64,000 bases of DNA, taken from contig CM068766.1 of the NCBI GenBank assembly GCA_035084275.1, positions 620,001 to 684,000 of the forward strand, given 5' to 3'. The stretch's first letter is position 1. Every line of letters begins with the position of its first letter. The notes below the pieces were generated by a model that ran no database searches, had not been told where the DNA came from, and worked only from the letters and a program-made list of their open reading frames with translations. This document shows positions 48,552 through 62,211 of this stretch, in pieces. The position numbers and the translations under genes were made by a program. Origin of the DNA: Hydrolagus colliei (lineage: Eukaryota).

Positions 48552-49689
48552 TCACGTAGTCTAGATTGACAATAAAAATAAGTTTTGTGGTGGAATCTGT
48601 TTCTCCCATTTCAATCCTCCTCCTTTTCTCCGATTGTAAATCTGCGCTTTATTGCTTTCATAAAAATATCTGCGATTCCAATGATCTGTGAATGGTTCTA
48701 TTGATTGATGCAAATACGTTTAACTGTGTTGAGAGGCACCAATGTTACTGAAGCAATTAAATTGCTCGCTTGGCGGAAGTCTAGGTTGGAAATGTCTCTT
48801 CCCCAGCCTCCACACCCCACCCCCCCCAACCCCTCCCACTGGATTGCAGTATATATTTTGAGCTTAGCCTATGAATCCGGGCTGTTTAATGCATTTAGGT
48901 GTGTCTCAGTGAGACTGAATCGGTCTCACACTTCTTTACAAACAGGTGGTGGCTCTCAGATCTCGCTGAACCATCCTTCTCTCCCAAGATTCGTGCCCCC
49001 CCCCAAAAAAATACTCACTTCATTCATGGTACAGAGACTTCTCAATGGCCTAGTAAGGCATACCCATGTTTATGTGTGTTACACAGCTTAACCTAATCCT
49101 GTTTACACACACTTACACACACTGGTACTTTCCAGCAGAGGTGTACTGTGTGGCAATCAGTAGTACCTTAAAGCCTTCGCTAATATTTTGTCCCATCTCC
49201 CTCACTCAGTGGTGCTGTCAGTGAGTGATGGGGAGAGTGTGACAATGTGTACGTGTGTGTGTGTGTTTGGAGTGGGGAGGTGATGATGGACGAGGTGATA
49301 TCAGAGCGAGACAGGTTGTGTGTGGATGATGGAGGAGCTGGTAAATCCCTATGTTAAACAGGGGGGTGGGGGGGGGGGGGGGGGTGGAAATGTGACAGTT
49401 CAGCTGCCAGGTTATTTTAAACCCTCGCGAAGAGTTGCCTCGAATTCCGTCTGCGGGGAAAGCAGGACTCCCACAAAAGGCTGGGGAAAGAGGGAACAGA
49501 GCTCAGTGTTTATGCTTCGGATGCTTTGGTTAACAGCTGCGCGAATGAGCAGTCGGTATGGAATGCACAAACTACAGTGATACACCTCCCTGCCGTTCGC
49601 TGTCTGCCTTCAGTGTGTTTTCGCTGACGTTTCCTGTCACTGCGCAGGACAACACCACAAGCAGCTTCGTCAATGCTGCTGAACATCTA

Positions 49690-49885
49690 AAGCCTCTCTG
49701 TCTAGTTCTCTGCAGTTTTCTTGCCTCATAAGCGAGTGGACCCTGGTTCGATTCCCCGGCCAGGCTGGGGCGAAGGCAGTTTCCTTCGCGCCCCGCGTTA
49801 CCCAACCGGAAAAAGTAGGTAACCCGGTTGTTAAGTCGGTTGTTAATCGCTAGTAATCCACCCGGTAACGCAAGCTGGTTCACTC
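49690..49885 (+). mobile_element. Second tRNA-derived SINE-like family (related copies ~51085-51230 on +, ~57900-58060 on -)
   Basis: B box GGTTCGATTCCC followed by a different body (CCGGTTGTT(A)AGTCGGTTG) shared with the other copies. Confidence 0.55.
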
Positions 49886-52796
49886 ACTGACCTGCAAAAA
49901 GCCACGGTCTTGCCAAAGCCGCTCTCCAACGCATTCACATGAGGGAGAGGGGAGTAGAGGGGGTATGGGTGAGGAGAAAGGTGGGGATTCGAGTGGAGTT
50001 TAAACACTAGAATGGACGAGTTTGGATTGAATGACTTCTTTGGGTGCCGTGTCACTCAACTCTACCGTAATCCCGAGAATTGGAATGTTTCGTGTGTTCC
50101 TCACGCAACAATTGCTACCAATTGATGGTTAGATATTTATTAGGTTAGGGTATTAATAATAATAATAATCTTTGCATTTGATATAGCGCTTTTCACGTCT
50201 TCTAGACGTCTCAAAGCGCTTCACAGAATATACCGTAAAGTGAATTGCCTGTATATGTGTGGGCGAAACGCGGCAGCCAATACGCACAGCAGCGTCCCCC
50301 CACAAACAGCCGTGGATTGGAATGACCAACTTTATTATCCCTTTTTTTTTGAGGGATTATTATCAGGTGTGTGAAGCAAGGAACTCGCCCAAGGTTTCGC
50401 CCCGACCTGTTATCGCAGGGTTATGGGTCCAGGCCAGTCCTCTAGAATGGCGGAACAGGCTCGAGGGGCCTGAATGGCCTCCTCCTCCTAACCCGTTCCT
50501 ATGTTTCTAACGTGTTGCTCGGGAGGGTCTACGGTGGAGGAATACAATCTGTCGACTGGCACTCGCTCAGCACCAGGGCAATCGCGGGCCAGCTCCCGGT
50601 TGCCGTTCTACTTTCTGGGCAAGGCGATGACATGGCTTCTGAGGCTATTGTAAACTTTTCCAGCAACACACAAAAAACAAAATCCAAAAAAATTCTGGCT
50701 CTGAAATAAAACAAGATATTTATTACTTGTTGCGCAGCCAAAAATGTTTTAGGAAGTTATATAAGTCACCCGCAGAGCCATAAAACAGCAACCGTGATGT
50801 CATCCCGACCCGACGATCAGACTTTCCTCATTTGGGGAAAGGGAAATGCTTTTACTCTGGATTTGAAACCCAGCCCCCCCTCCCCCCGCCCCCCCCCCCC
50901 CCCCCGCCCCCCCTCCCCCGCCCCCCCGCCCCCCCCACCCTCCCCCCGTCTGATAGTTTGAAGCACTTCCACACGTGTATAGGACACCCATTGTTGGGCT
51001 TTAACTATACAAGTCAACCACTCCTGGGGAGGACTGTTAACAGCAGCTCTCACCCTACACCGCAAATCCCGTGCTGTCCTGCAGCTTGGTGGTTAGAGCG
51101 CTCGCCTCGCAAGCGAGTAGACCTGGGTTTGATTCCCGGCAGGAATCAAGAGATTGCGCAAGTTTCCTTACTCCCGCACGCCTCTCGCAGCAAGTAAGAA
51201 GCCGGTTGTTAGTCGGTTGGTAGATCCCTTTTCCAGGGATAATAATAATAATAATAATAATAATACTAACAAACTGATTTCGCCCACAAAATATGCAAAT
51301 TCACTTTACAGTGTACACTGTGATGCTCATTTAAACGTCTCGAAGACGTGATTAGGGCTCTCTATCAAATGCAAAGATTATTTTTATTATCATTATTATT
51401 AGTATTATTATTATTATTATCTAAATCAAGCTGGTAGTTCCATGCATCTGACCTACACATGGAAATGCCAGAGATAGATTGTTGGATTGGGATGCCCTCC
51501 CTCCCTCCCTCCCTCCCTCCCTTGCTGGAGGGAACTGTCCTGCTTATCTAGTCCGGGATGGAAAATTCCCGGGCTCCCATCCCGAGGTCAAAGTCCAGAC
51601 CCGTGACTTTAGCCAGAGGCGAGCGTGCTAACCAACTGACCACAAACTGTAAGTTGGAGGGAGGGAGGCATGGAGGGAGGGAGGGAGGGAGGGAGAGGGA
51701 GAACCGAGGGGAGGGAGTGGATAAAGTAAAGAAAGATACAAGGCAGAGATGTTTCTTAAACACTTTTAAAAAGAACGGTTTTGCGAAATGCTCTTGCAAT
51801 AAGACTGCTGGGACCAGTAGATGGTGCCTGTTCGTTGTTGCGGTAGGAATTTTTTGACGAGTGGTTCAGCTTTGGCCCCATCGCCACCCTTGTTGTGTGT
51901 GTAATCCACAGTGTAGTTACTGCTGTCTGTCTGTCTGTCTGTCCTATCTGCCCTGGGCTGTTTACACGCACCAGGCGATGGGGCATTAACTGACACGAGA
52001 CACAAGTTCAGAGCGTTAGCTTGAACCTTGCCCTCAGTGTTCAATGGTGAGTAAAGGCTGGTAGCTTGTGTGTGGTTTGCGTGTGTGTAGGATCAGGTTG
52101 GGAGTGTGCAGACTGATTGTAAACTCGTGTAAGCCTCTCGGCAGGGCACTGTAACAGACTTGCACCTCTCTGTTTAAAGCCTGGATGTCTTTGTGTGTGT
52201 GTGTGAGTGCGTGTGTGTGAGTGCGTGTGTGTTGGACGAGGGGAAACAGCTGTGGGACGTGTAACGAGAGTCTTAATCCATTTTCCCCTCCCCCCCCCCC
52301 ATCCCATTTGCATATCCACCCTCTCTCTCTCTGTGTGTGTGTGTGTGTGGGCATGCCCGGGCCTGATGGTGTAAAGGAGCCTAATTGACATTTTCGGAAG
52401 CTTTTTTTAACCACAATAATAGTCAATTTTGCCGGTAAAATATCCAGTCGATTGACTTTACCCTCGCGGGGTAAGCTGCGAAGCGCTTTCGAGAACGGCG
52501 AGCCCAACGAGGCGATAAGACGCCGTATCAAGGGCGAGGATTGTTCTAGTTACGCAGTACTGCGTAACGAGCACCGGGAATATTTATCCGCGGTGGAATC
52601 AGCGCCTATAACGACATCAAACAGGTGCAAATCAAGTTGTCGTAGAATCATAGACTTACGTACGTGCAGAGCGGTTTAAAAGAGCTATTCACTTCCTGCT
52701 TCACCCAATACGCCCGTCATTTTATATTCCTTCTCAAATCCATGTATGTCGAGCCACTCACTCGCCTTATAAACAGTCCCCCGCAAACAGGCGGTA

Positions 52797-52996
52797 NNNN
52801 NNNNNNNNNNNNNNNNNNNNNNNNNNNNNNNNNNNNNNNNNNNNNNNNNNNNNNNNNNNNNNNNNNNNNNNNNNNNNNNNNNNNNNNNNNNNNNNNNNNN
52901 NNNNNNNNNNNNNNNNNNNNNNNNNNNNNNNNNNNNNNNNNNNNNNNNNNNNNNNNNNNNNNNNNNNNNNNNNNNNNNNNNNNNNNNNNNNNNNNN
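52797..52996. other. Assembly gap (N run)
   Basis: N bases. Confidence 1.
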
Positions 52997-55982
52997 TACT
53001 CAATGGAAAAGGGTTCACTCACTTGGATGTTTCCCTTGCGTGTGCGTGTGCGTGTGTGTGTGTGTGAGAGAGAGACCAACACACACACACAAACACACAC
53101 ACACATACACTTGCCCTGAAAATGTTGGTGGCAAAGGGTTGGGTAGAGGGTGCTTTTCTTTCCCACCTCTGCCTCAATTCTGACCATTTTGTGGCCTGAG
53201 TTTTTTTTATTCTTGTTGTTTCGATGGGGGTGAGGCGTGTCGGGGAAGGTGTGTGTGTGTGTGTGTGTGGGGGGGGGTGTGGTGGGGGGGGGGGGGGGTG
53301 GTTAGTGCGTGTGGCCGAATGGAAAAGACGCAGCGGAATCTCTTCCTCTTTACTCAGCAGGAAGTAGTAATCCAGCCCGTAATAATCTCTCAAGAATATT
53401 TTAAAAAATTAATCCACTCGATTGTTCCCGAGACTGTTCGTGGGATCGCTCCCGTGCGCAGTTGGTTGCCGCGGTTTCGTCCCACAAACGCGCAGTCAAT
53501 CCGCTTTACTGTATACATTCCGCGAAGCGTTTTTGAGTCGTCCCGACGACGTGATATGGAATGATGATTATTATTCATCTGTTTGCCGCAACCGGGTGGG
53601 TGTCTTTCGACACGTTCGAGCGGCGCTCAATAAACACAACTGTTTGAAAGCCAATTTATTGCCAATGCCAGTAACCACTCACAAACTCTTTCCCAACCGC
53701 CCCCCCCCCCCACCCACCCACCCCACCCCCTCCACCACATTATCCCAGGCACATTTATTATTATCCTGCCACTGGTCCCCCTCCCCCCCCCCCCCCCCCC
53801 CCCTCCGCCCCCAAATCCTATACCCCAAACCATCAGATAGTTCAGGTATTTTGATATTAAAACAAAATGATACAGATATTCTGAATGGAAAGTTCGATAT
53901 CACGTACTAATGAGAATACAGTTTTGGACAGTAGCGTCTTATCACACGGAAGTGCTATGACCAGCTTAATGGGGTGGGCGGTGGGTCGGGCAGTAACGTG
54001 GGTAAACATGCTGTGTTAGCGCACCCCCACCCTCCACCCCCACCTCCAGTCTCAGTTACTATAAAACACACATTAACTACATTTTGCATTAAATAATAAT
54101 AATCCTTGCGTTTGATATCGCGCTCTTTCACGTCCTCGAGACGTCTCCGAGCGCTTCACGGAAGATACTGCAAAGTGGATTGACAGTACGTGTATCTGTT
54201 GGCGAGACTGTGGAGCTTTGAGACCCCCTCCCCACACGGGAAGGCGCTTTATCGAACGCGAGGATTCATTTTCACAGCTCACAAATATTAGACCCAGCAG
54301 CCGTCCTCCGCCAAATCCTTTCATTAAACGCCCCCTCGCCTCTCCCTCTCGCTTTCAGACCCATCCCATTTCTTCGACCGTGCCTTCGGTCACTTCAATT
54401 CCCTCAAGTCCGGCTCGCTGCTGCGGTCCTGACGCGCCAGGTTTTTACCCTCCCCGGGAATGTCGGTCTCCCGTTTGTCGCATCCGTTGGGATTCTCCCG
54501 CAGAGACACGGGAGGCTTTTATCCGGAGGAAGCCTTTTAGGTTTTTCGATTAGAACCGGGATTGTTCTCTGTGCATAGATTGCCTGGATTCCTAGGATAG
54601 TTACTTGAAGCTATTCCCAATCGATGGACAGCGGCACTCCGGAACAGACGGTTTCCCAGACGGAAGGAAAACCGCTCGGATTAACGGAAAGTCACATCCC
54701 GATGTCGTTTTGTTTCGTTTGCCGACACGGAGAATAGAATATTTTTGTGATAAAAGCGCTGAAATCTCTCTTTGGATTAAAAACCACGGAATGAACAATT
54801 TTTTTGTCTCTTTCTCTCAGAGTCGGAAAACCGAATAATGGGATTGTATCGATTCTCAGGCAGTACGTCTCGTTCTTTGTGCTCTTGATGTTAAGGGTCT
54901 GATTCAGCGAGATCCCCACTCGATAATATAATCCGTGAAGCGCCTTGAGACGTCTCACCGAATTGATAAGACGCCAGCTCTATCAAATGCATTAATATCC
55001 TGAATATAAGGATTGTTAATATTATTATTATTTTCTGTGTTACTGCTGTGTTTTAACGCAGGTTTGCTCGGAATTTATTGCTCCCGAAATTATTTTGAGG
55101 CCGTTTTGAGATTTCGGATTGACCCGGATGAAAGGAAAAGCAAAAATTCTTATGGATAAAAGGAATAAGGGATACACAGATAAGGCGGGGCAGGTAGATT
55201 AGAAAATCAGGCCTGATTTTATTGAATGGCAGGGCAGACTCGAGGGGCTGAATGGCCTACTCCTGCTCCTAATTCTCTCTCCGTACAGACCCTAGCTGTC
55301 CTGACAATTACGGGTGTTGTAGTTAAAGTCTCGGCCAAAAATCTCTTTGGAGGGAAACGGTTTGAGCATCTAGTATCTTTCGGGGGTGAAATTCACTGCA
55401 TTGTGTTAAAAGTGGTGGAATGTCTATAACAAGCCGATAGCTTTAGCAGCGAGGTATTTTAGCATGAATGAGCATCAGTGTTCTCTGGCACTGAGGTGTG
55501 TGCTTTGAGCGGGCTCGGGGTGGGGGCTGGTGGGTGGTAGGGTATGTATGGTGGGAAAGGGAGAGAACTGTGCTTTACATTAACTCTGAAACGACAAGAA
55601 CAAAACATGTGTGAAGTCGGAAGTCACTGACCTCTCTTTCCATTTCCACTTGTCCCTTCAACGTCCTCAGCTATGAAGACCAAACTGTTCATTTTCTTTG
55701 TTTAAAAAAAACTCTCTCTCGGTGAAGCAGGAAATACCAATTTTAGGTAGGAATTACTCTTTTAAAAAACCCACAGAGATCCGTGCGGAGGGAGAAAGAG
55801 AGAGATATAGCCGTCTCAAATTCCTAGATACACTCAGAAAAGTATCTTTGTTACCAAGTCAACAACTTTGGGAGGTAGTTGTCAAAGCAAAAAATATTTT
55901 GAAAGACTGGTATTTCTTTTGGCCAGTTTAACTCTCTACAGATCATGCCTGAAGACGACGACAACAACAACAAAATTACAAT

Positions 55983-56085
55983 CAAAAACAGAAGTTACTG
56001 GGAAAACTCGGCAGGTCAGGTAGCATCCATGGAGAATGGAAAGTGAGCGAACGTTTCGGGTCCACGACTCTTCGTGAGGACCGGG
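55983..56085. mobile_element. Penelope-like element terminal-repeat remnant (related piece ~37285-37355)
   Basis: AAAACAGAAG..CTGGGAAAACTCGGCAGGTCAGGTAGCATCCATGGAGA...AACGTTTCGGGTC resembles shark Penelope-like terminal repeats (recalled, not searched). Confidence 0.5.
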
Positions 56086-59000
56086 CATGTTGGGGAGGGA
56101 GGGAGGGAGGGAGGGAGAGGTTTTTTAAGGACAAGTTAAGAGAGGTGGGAGGCAGGACGAGGGAGATAAAGGAGACAAAAGAAGGCAGAAAAAGAAGACA
56201 AAGGAGAAAATGTGCTTAATTGATGGGTTAAAGGGGTGATAGTGGTGTGAGAGCAAAAGTGATGTGGGTTTAAACAAAATTACATTGGTTTTGAACCTTC
56301 TCCTACACCTTCTGTATGAAACACAGAGACAATTGCTGGAACTATTTCAGTTCTCGGTATACCTTTTCCATCTGTTCCTGAGGTTTTGGAACGCCACATC
56401 GGGAATGTTTCGACGCGTCAAAGTTTCCCCGACTTTCAAACCCCAGTTTCATGGGCGCTGTGTAAACCTGGTAATAATACACTCACGTGTTACTTTGCAC
56501 GATATTGCGAGAAGTGCTTTCAGACGTCTTCACGACGTGATAATGCAAGGATTATTATCATTATTAATTTTGCCCACAGATACACACTCGGCTCACTTGA
56601 CGGTACATTCTGTGAAGCGCTTTGAGACATCGATAAGATGTGAAAAAGCTCTGGGATTTTTATTATTATACGTGTGCCATTTCCCATAGCCTGCATCAGA
56701 GAATAAATGTTACATTTATGGCCCAAGGTTACCAAATAATAATAATACTGTAATACTAACCCTTGCATCTATAACATTAAAAGAACTTCGCAGGTGAAAT
56801 ACTGTGGTGCGGGGACTGGAAATTTCAAGGCAAACGCAAACAATACACGGTGGAGTCTTTCATGAAAGAACAAGGTCCGGGGTTCATGATCAGAATGTAG
56901 CACGCAGCATATTACAGGTGATAACGAGGCAATACCAGGGTGATAACTGCGCCCCCATTTGTTCCCCTCATAAAGATATCGGCAGTGTTTTAATGCTGGT
57001 TTAATGGTGAGACTGAGCCACGCAGATTTGGATGTTTTTAGTATCACATCTCTCATGGCCTGCGCTACGTCAGTTCATTTCAGCCCAGGAGGGCTGCGGT
57101 GATGCTATTTCTGAGCGCTATCAAGTAACGCTTTGATCTGCCTCTGTCATTACCCTCCCCGCAGGTGGAATAGCATGTCGGGGCTCTATATTTGGACTCA
57201 AGACATACGAGTCAGTTATGTCGATGGCCTTGGGAGAGACGCGATCGGCTTCAGCCCCCACCCCCCTCCCCCCCACTCATTAATGGGTAACTCTAAACCA
57301 TGCATTACCACTGGTTCCCTATGACTTTTTAAGACCTCTGTGTGGCTCGTTTTCCAGTAAAACTCCCATGAAGAGTCTCTTGATGTACGCATGACTTCAG
57401 CAACTTTAGAACCGTCTAAAAGTTTTTATTTATAAAAAAAAAGTCTTATTTTCCCTCCATTGCTCTCCCGAGAACAGCCCCCGCCCCCCAAGCGCTGATA
57501 TAAAGGTTCTCTATTCTGTGTGGTTCTGCTTTCCCTGGGGAAGGGAATACAGTAGTGCTTCTGTTTTCTTTTGAAAAGCTTGTTTTAGTTACAGTGATGG
57601 AAAGAGGGAAAAAAAATCTTAGGTGAATAGCTACGTAAAGCACATTTAAGGTCTATGAGCCATGTCTCGGAGGCCAACTCCTTTCCTGTTGCCATTCGAT
57701 GAAATCTATCCCAATCCGACCCGCTGTTTAGTTAAAGGTGCGAAGTTGATATAATGCCTTATCACGTCTTCAAGACGTCGGAAAGCCCTTCATGGTTAAG
57801 TGAATTGACTGTATATTTGCTGGGCGAAACACAACAGCCAATTGTGCACAGCAGCGTACCCACAAACAGATCGAGTGACCTGATCTTTTGAAATTTATTA
57901 CCCCCCCGCCCGGGAAAGCGATCTACCAATTGTTACTGATTCTAACACAATCAACCAACGAACCCCCGGGTTCCCACTTACTGCTAGGCAAACAGAGGTA
58001 AGGAAACTTTTCTAAGGTTTCTTCCTGCCCGTAAATCGAAGTGCTTTAACCACTTAACCTGAAGGACGGTAAAGTCTTACTTCACGAGTAACGGGGTAAA
58101 AGGCGAGTGCGGAGACACGACCATTTGAAGTCCGTCAATGGAAGAGCTGCATGCCTACACATGCGTCCACACATTCCTGTCGAGGTCTGTGGACGGGGGG
58201 GGAATGAAACCCACGCCTCCTCCCTTACCAACTCTGGGAGAAATCCAGGCCAATTGTGGTTCCAGTTCGCCCCCTTCATTGTTGGTTAAAATATTTTCCT
58301 GTTCCCTGCACCAGCTGTCCTGTGGCTTCTCCGAATGTGGTTGCCATTAATCTGTTGGTTTTAAGGGCAGTAAGTCCCACTCGGAATTGGCGACAGACCA
58401 GTGTTGCATTGTAACTGTGCCTGGCCTTGCCTTTGGGTGTGGGCGGAGGTGGCGGTGGGGGGGGGAGTGGGGTGGGGGGGGGGGGGTGGGGGGGGGTGGG
58501 GGGGGGTGGGGAGGGGTGGGGGGGGGGTGGGGGGGGGTGGAACGCAACCCTGTTCCGTTCCACTCAGTGTGCAACCATGGAGCAGGCGGTGGACATTAAA
58601 CGGGAGAGTGAGGTAAAGGAGCGAAGGTTCCATATGTTGAAGTGGAGAGAGGGCTTATGAAACCCTGGGCTACAAAGCATACATTTCGCTGGCGTGTTTC
58701 CATATTGGTGTCTGAATCAATTTTAGAATACTGCAAGGTCCTTTCCTGTGCCCAGCCATAGAACGGAGGTTTGGCATTAGACTGACTGGTGGTTTGCCTT
58801 GAACATCTGTTTGATCTAATTCGTTCCATTAACACGGGCTGCTTGCCATCAGTTTCGCCCACAAAACACACAGTCGATCCACTTGAGCGTGTGTTTCCGT
58901 GAAGCGCTTTGAGATGTCTCAACGACGTGATAAGGTGCTATATTAAACGCAAGGATTATTATTGCTGTTTGAGTGAGCGACCAGTTTGGGTGTGAAGACA

Positions 59001-60194
59001 TACGTTTGAGTGTGAGGGTGCAGGAAGTAGGGCGTGGGCGCAAGCTTGCGTGTGACAGCAGGCGGTTAAGCATTTACATCTGTGTCAGTGACTCGAAAAT
59101 GCAGTCTGCTTTGTGGTCAGTTGCTATTGTGACCATCCTGACAGTAAGAACGACAGTCAGTACCATTCATTTGTACGTAACACGGCAACACTTTTATAGT
59201 AAACTGTTTTTTCTCTTCTAACATTACAGGATTGCGAACTAAAGATAAAGCATAAACATGCAGTAAATAAATTATATAATAATTTAATTTAACAGATGAA
59301 GGAAGTGCTGCTTTTAAACTGCAAGTTGATTTTTTATTTTTTGCTTTCAAACCCAGCTGTCTATAGGGATAGCTTGTTATGGAAGGTATGTAAAGAAATA
59401 TCTTTCGGATTCTCCTGGTCTTGTCTTCCTGTTGGATATCTTTGCCCCGGTTGTTGCTGTGAGTTTTGGAGTGTTTTTTGTGCGTTAGAACACGTCATTC
59501 TCTGGTTGCAATGTAATCTACCTTTTCCCCCACGGTGGGGAAGTGTTGAGCATTCGAATTGGGTCGTTTCACAGCAAGCATCTAATCGACCCTGACACAG
59601 AGGCTCACTCTCGTTTCCTGCTGAGGGAATTGATAACACAATGTTGCCCCCGTCATCTCCCGAGACACTGGGTTTCAAACCCATCGCAGAAGCGAAAGGT
59701 CTATCGCTGGGTGGCAACGGCCGTTCTGACCACGAACGCTCTCTCAAATGGATGCATTAACACCTCGTCCCAATCCAAGTCCCCAGTAAACAAAAGTCAT
59801 TACTTACACAGCTCATTGAAATCAAAACCAATTGTAAAACTTCCAGTTAACGAGGAGCGGTACATACACTAACAGCCGAAATACCCATTAGTAACGATAT
59901 ACATGGACCAAGCAAACAGTCCCTAAAGCAGCTAGCTAATAGTCCAGTACATCACTATGGTGCCAAATCCAACTTAATTTCCACTCGTACATTATTTTCT
60001 GATTTGTTTCAGCGCCTTGGGACATTCCCTCAACAGAAAGGAGCAGTACAAATATCATTGTTGCTGATGTTGATATTCAGTAGAGTCAATGATAAAGTTA
60101 AGTTAAGATCAATTAGATATATGCTGATAAGTGGATTGCTTGGAGACAGACACACTGTGTGAGTCTCTCTCTGTCTCTCTGGCTTTTCCCAAAG

Positions 60195-60390
60195 GCTTTG
60201 GATTCTGGATCCATTCAATTTTTCAAGATGGAGGCGGATAGATATTTGTTAGGTCAAGGTATCAAGCCATATGGGGCCAAGGCAGCTAATTGGAGCTGAG
60301 GCACTGATCAGCCGTGATCATTTATAATGGCGGAACAGGCTCGGGTGGTGGTGGGGTGGGGGGTTGAATGGCCTCCTTCTGTTCCTATGA
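60195..60390 (+). mobile_element. CR1-type LINE 3' end (similar tails ~785-830, 50415-50500, 55150-55272)
   Basis: TTCAAG..GAG..GGATAGATATTTG...AATGGCGGAACAGGCTCG...GAATGGCCT is typical of chondrichthyan CR1 3' ends. Confidence 0.65.
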
Positions 60391-62211
60391 CATTATGGGG
60401 TTGATGGATGAAGTTTTATTGATCACCCAAGCTGCCTCTATGAAGGGAGCTATAATTTATGAATGCCTGGCAATCTATATTTGGTTTGTCTATTTTTAGT
60501 TTGCTCGAGAACAAGAGCATTATTGACTCTGCACTTTTTTGACTCAGTGAGTTATTGTTGCCGAGGATACTCGCTTTATTCAGCATTGCAATTAGCATTG
60601 GGATTACAGCCCCAAATCAATAGCTGGCCTTACCACATGAAATTGCAGAAGTCCATCTGTTTTATGAGAAATAAATTACTGTCGATCAAGGCAATTTTCT
60701 CCATCTCTGCCTAATTGTGTGTGTTTAGTTGGGGGGGAGGGATGTGCTCACTGCAGCATTCACTGGTATGACCTAGTTTTTATTGTAAGCTTTTAGTCGA
60801 TTGACAGCCAATGGGTGTATTAATCACCATGTTAAGTGTGCAGTTCAAGGAATGCGGTTGAAATAAAGTCTCAATGGATGATGCTAAGTATCGTTAATCG
60901 TGCTATTTCTGCGTCCTAAGAATCATCTGCTTTGCATGGCAGTTTAAGTGCTCTCTGTGATAGCAAACAAGCCATATGTTCACTCCCTAACAGTTTAGTG
61001 AGTGCTCTCAATGCAGTGAGATGGGTCTGAGTGTAGAATTTGCTTAGACCTGTGAATAGTTCCTCTCAGCCAGTGACAATCGATCGACGTTGCTGCTTTG
61101 AGTATTTGGGCAAAGGTGTGTGTGTGTGTATATATGCGTGTGTGGGTCCGTTTTGCAGTTGGGTAAATGTACCATCCAATCTGCACTTACCAACCGAAGG
61201 AGTAGGCCCCCAAAAATGTAAAAGTAGCTTGAAAAAAAAATCAAATCGTGCTGTGATTTGGAACATTGGAGACGCACGAACCAAACGAGTATCCGTTAGC
61301 TTTCAGCCAAGAACCTTGAATCTGCCCTGATCTATTGTCTTATGGTAGTTAGACCATGGAGTGGGATTATGGTGGGGGGGAGGGGAGATGTGGGGGGGCG
61401 CAGAGTGGCCTCTTGTTGCTCTGTTCCTAGCTCGAGATAAGATGGGCAACTAGCTTCGGGTTGATGGGAAAATTGGACTTGGGGGCAAAGCTTTGCTCTG
61501 TTGCAGTTCCCTTAGGTGACCTTTGTTTTCAAGTTGATGATTTGCTTTGGAAATGGTTGACTGTACTGTTGTTGACTTCAATCCCGACCGGACTTACATT
61601 AGTATTGCCGGTGCAATCGTCTCACTGCAGTGTGGCGCGGGAGAAATGTGAGCTGCGTTACGATGTGCGTTAACCCTTTCAAGACCGTGTCATCTTTGGA
61701 GCTTTGGAAGCGACGCAGGTGATCTTGTTGCTAATGCCGTACTTCAATCGAGTTGCGAGAACTTTGTCATTGTTTCTCCTTGCAGGGCAGCCTTTGAAGC
61801 ATTAATCTATCAGTTTCTATCAATCAACTATGTCCCGTGTAGAATATTTTCAGTTCTGCAACCAGCCATGATATGATACCACTACCCCCACTTCCCCCCC
61901 ACCATCTTGGAGTGATTGCTTGGAGCTGAGTTAAGTCAAAATTGTCCAAACGTATTTTAAACTGTTTCACGTTCACCAGTTTTTCAAGCCGAGGTTCTCT
62001 GAGGTGAATTGATAAAGTCTTAACCCAATCTCAACTAACAGCTAGCTCCGTGATTACGCAACCGAATTTGTGACTTACGGTACTTTGAGCTCAAAGTATC
62101 GAAAATGTATCCTGTTTAGGATATGTGAATTCTACTATGGAGTTCTTTTATGTACAGATTTTACAAGATCCCTATTCTATTTGGATACGAGGAAAGTCCA
62201 TTTACTGCGGT

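Noticed and set aside
58440-58540. Long G-rich tract with G-quadruplex potential (also C-rich 50875-50950)
   Set aside because: Poly-G/C tracts are ubiquitous in this window; nothing marks these as special.
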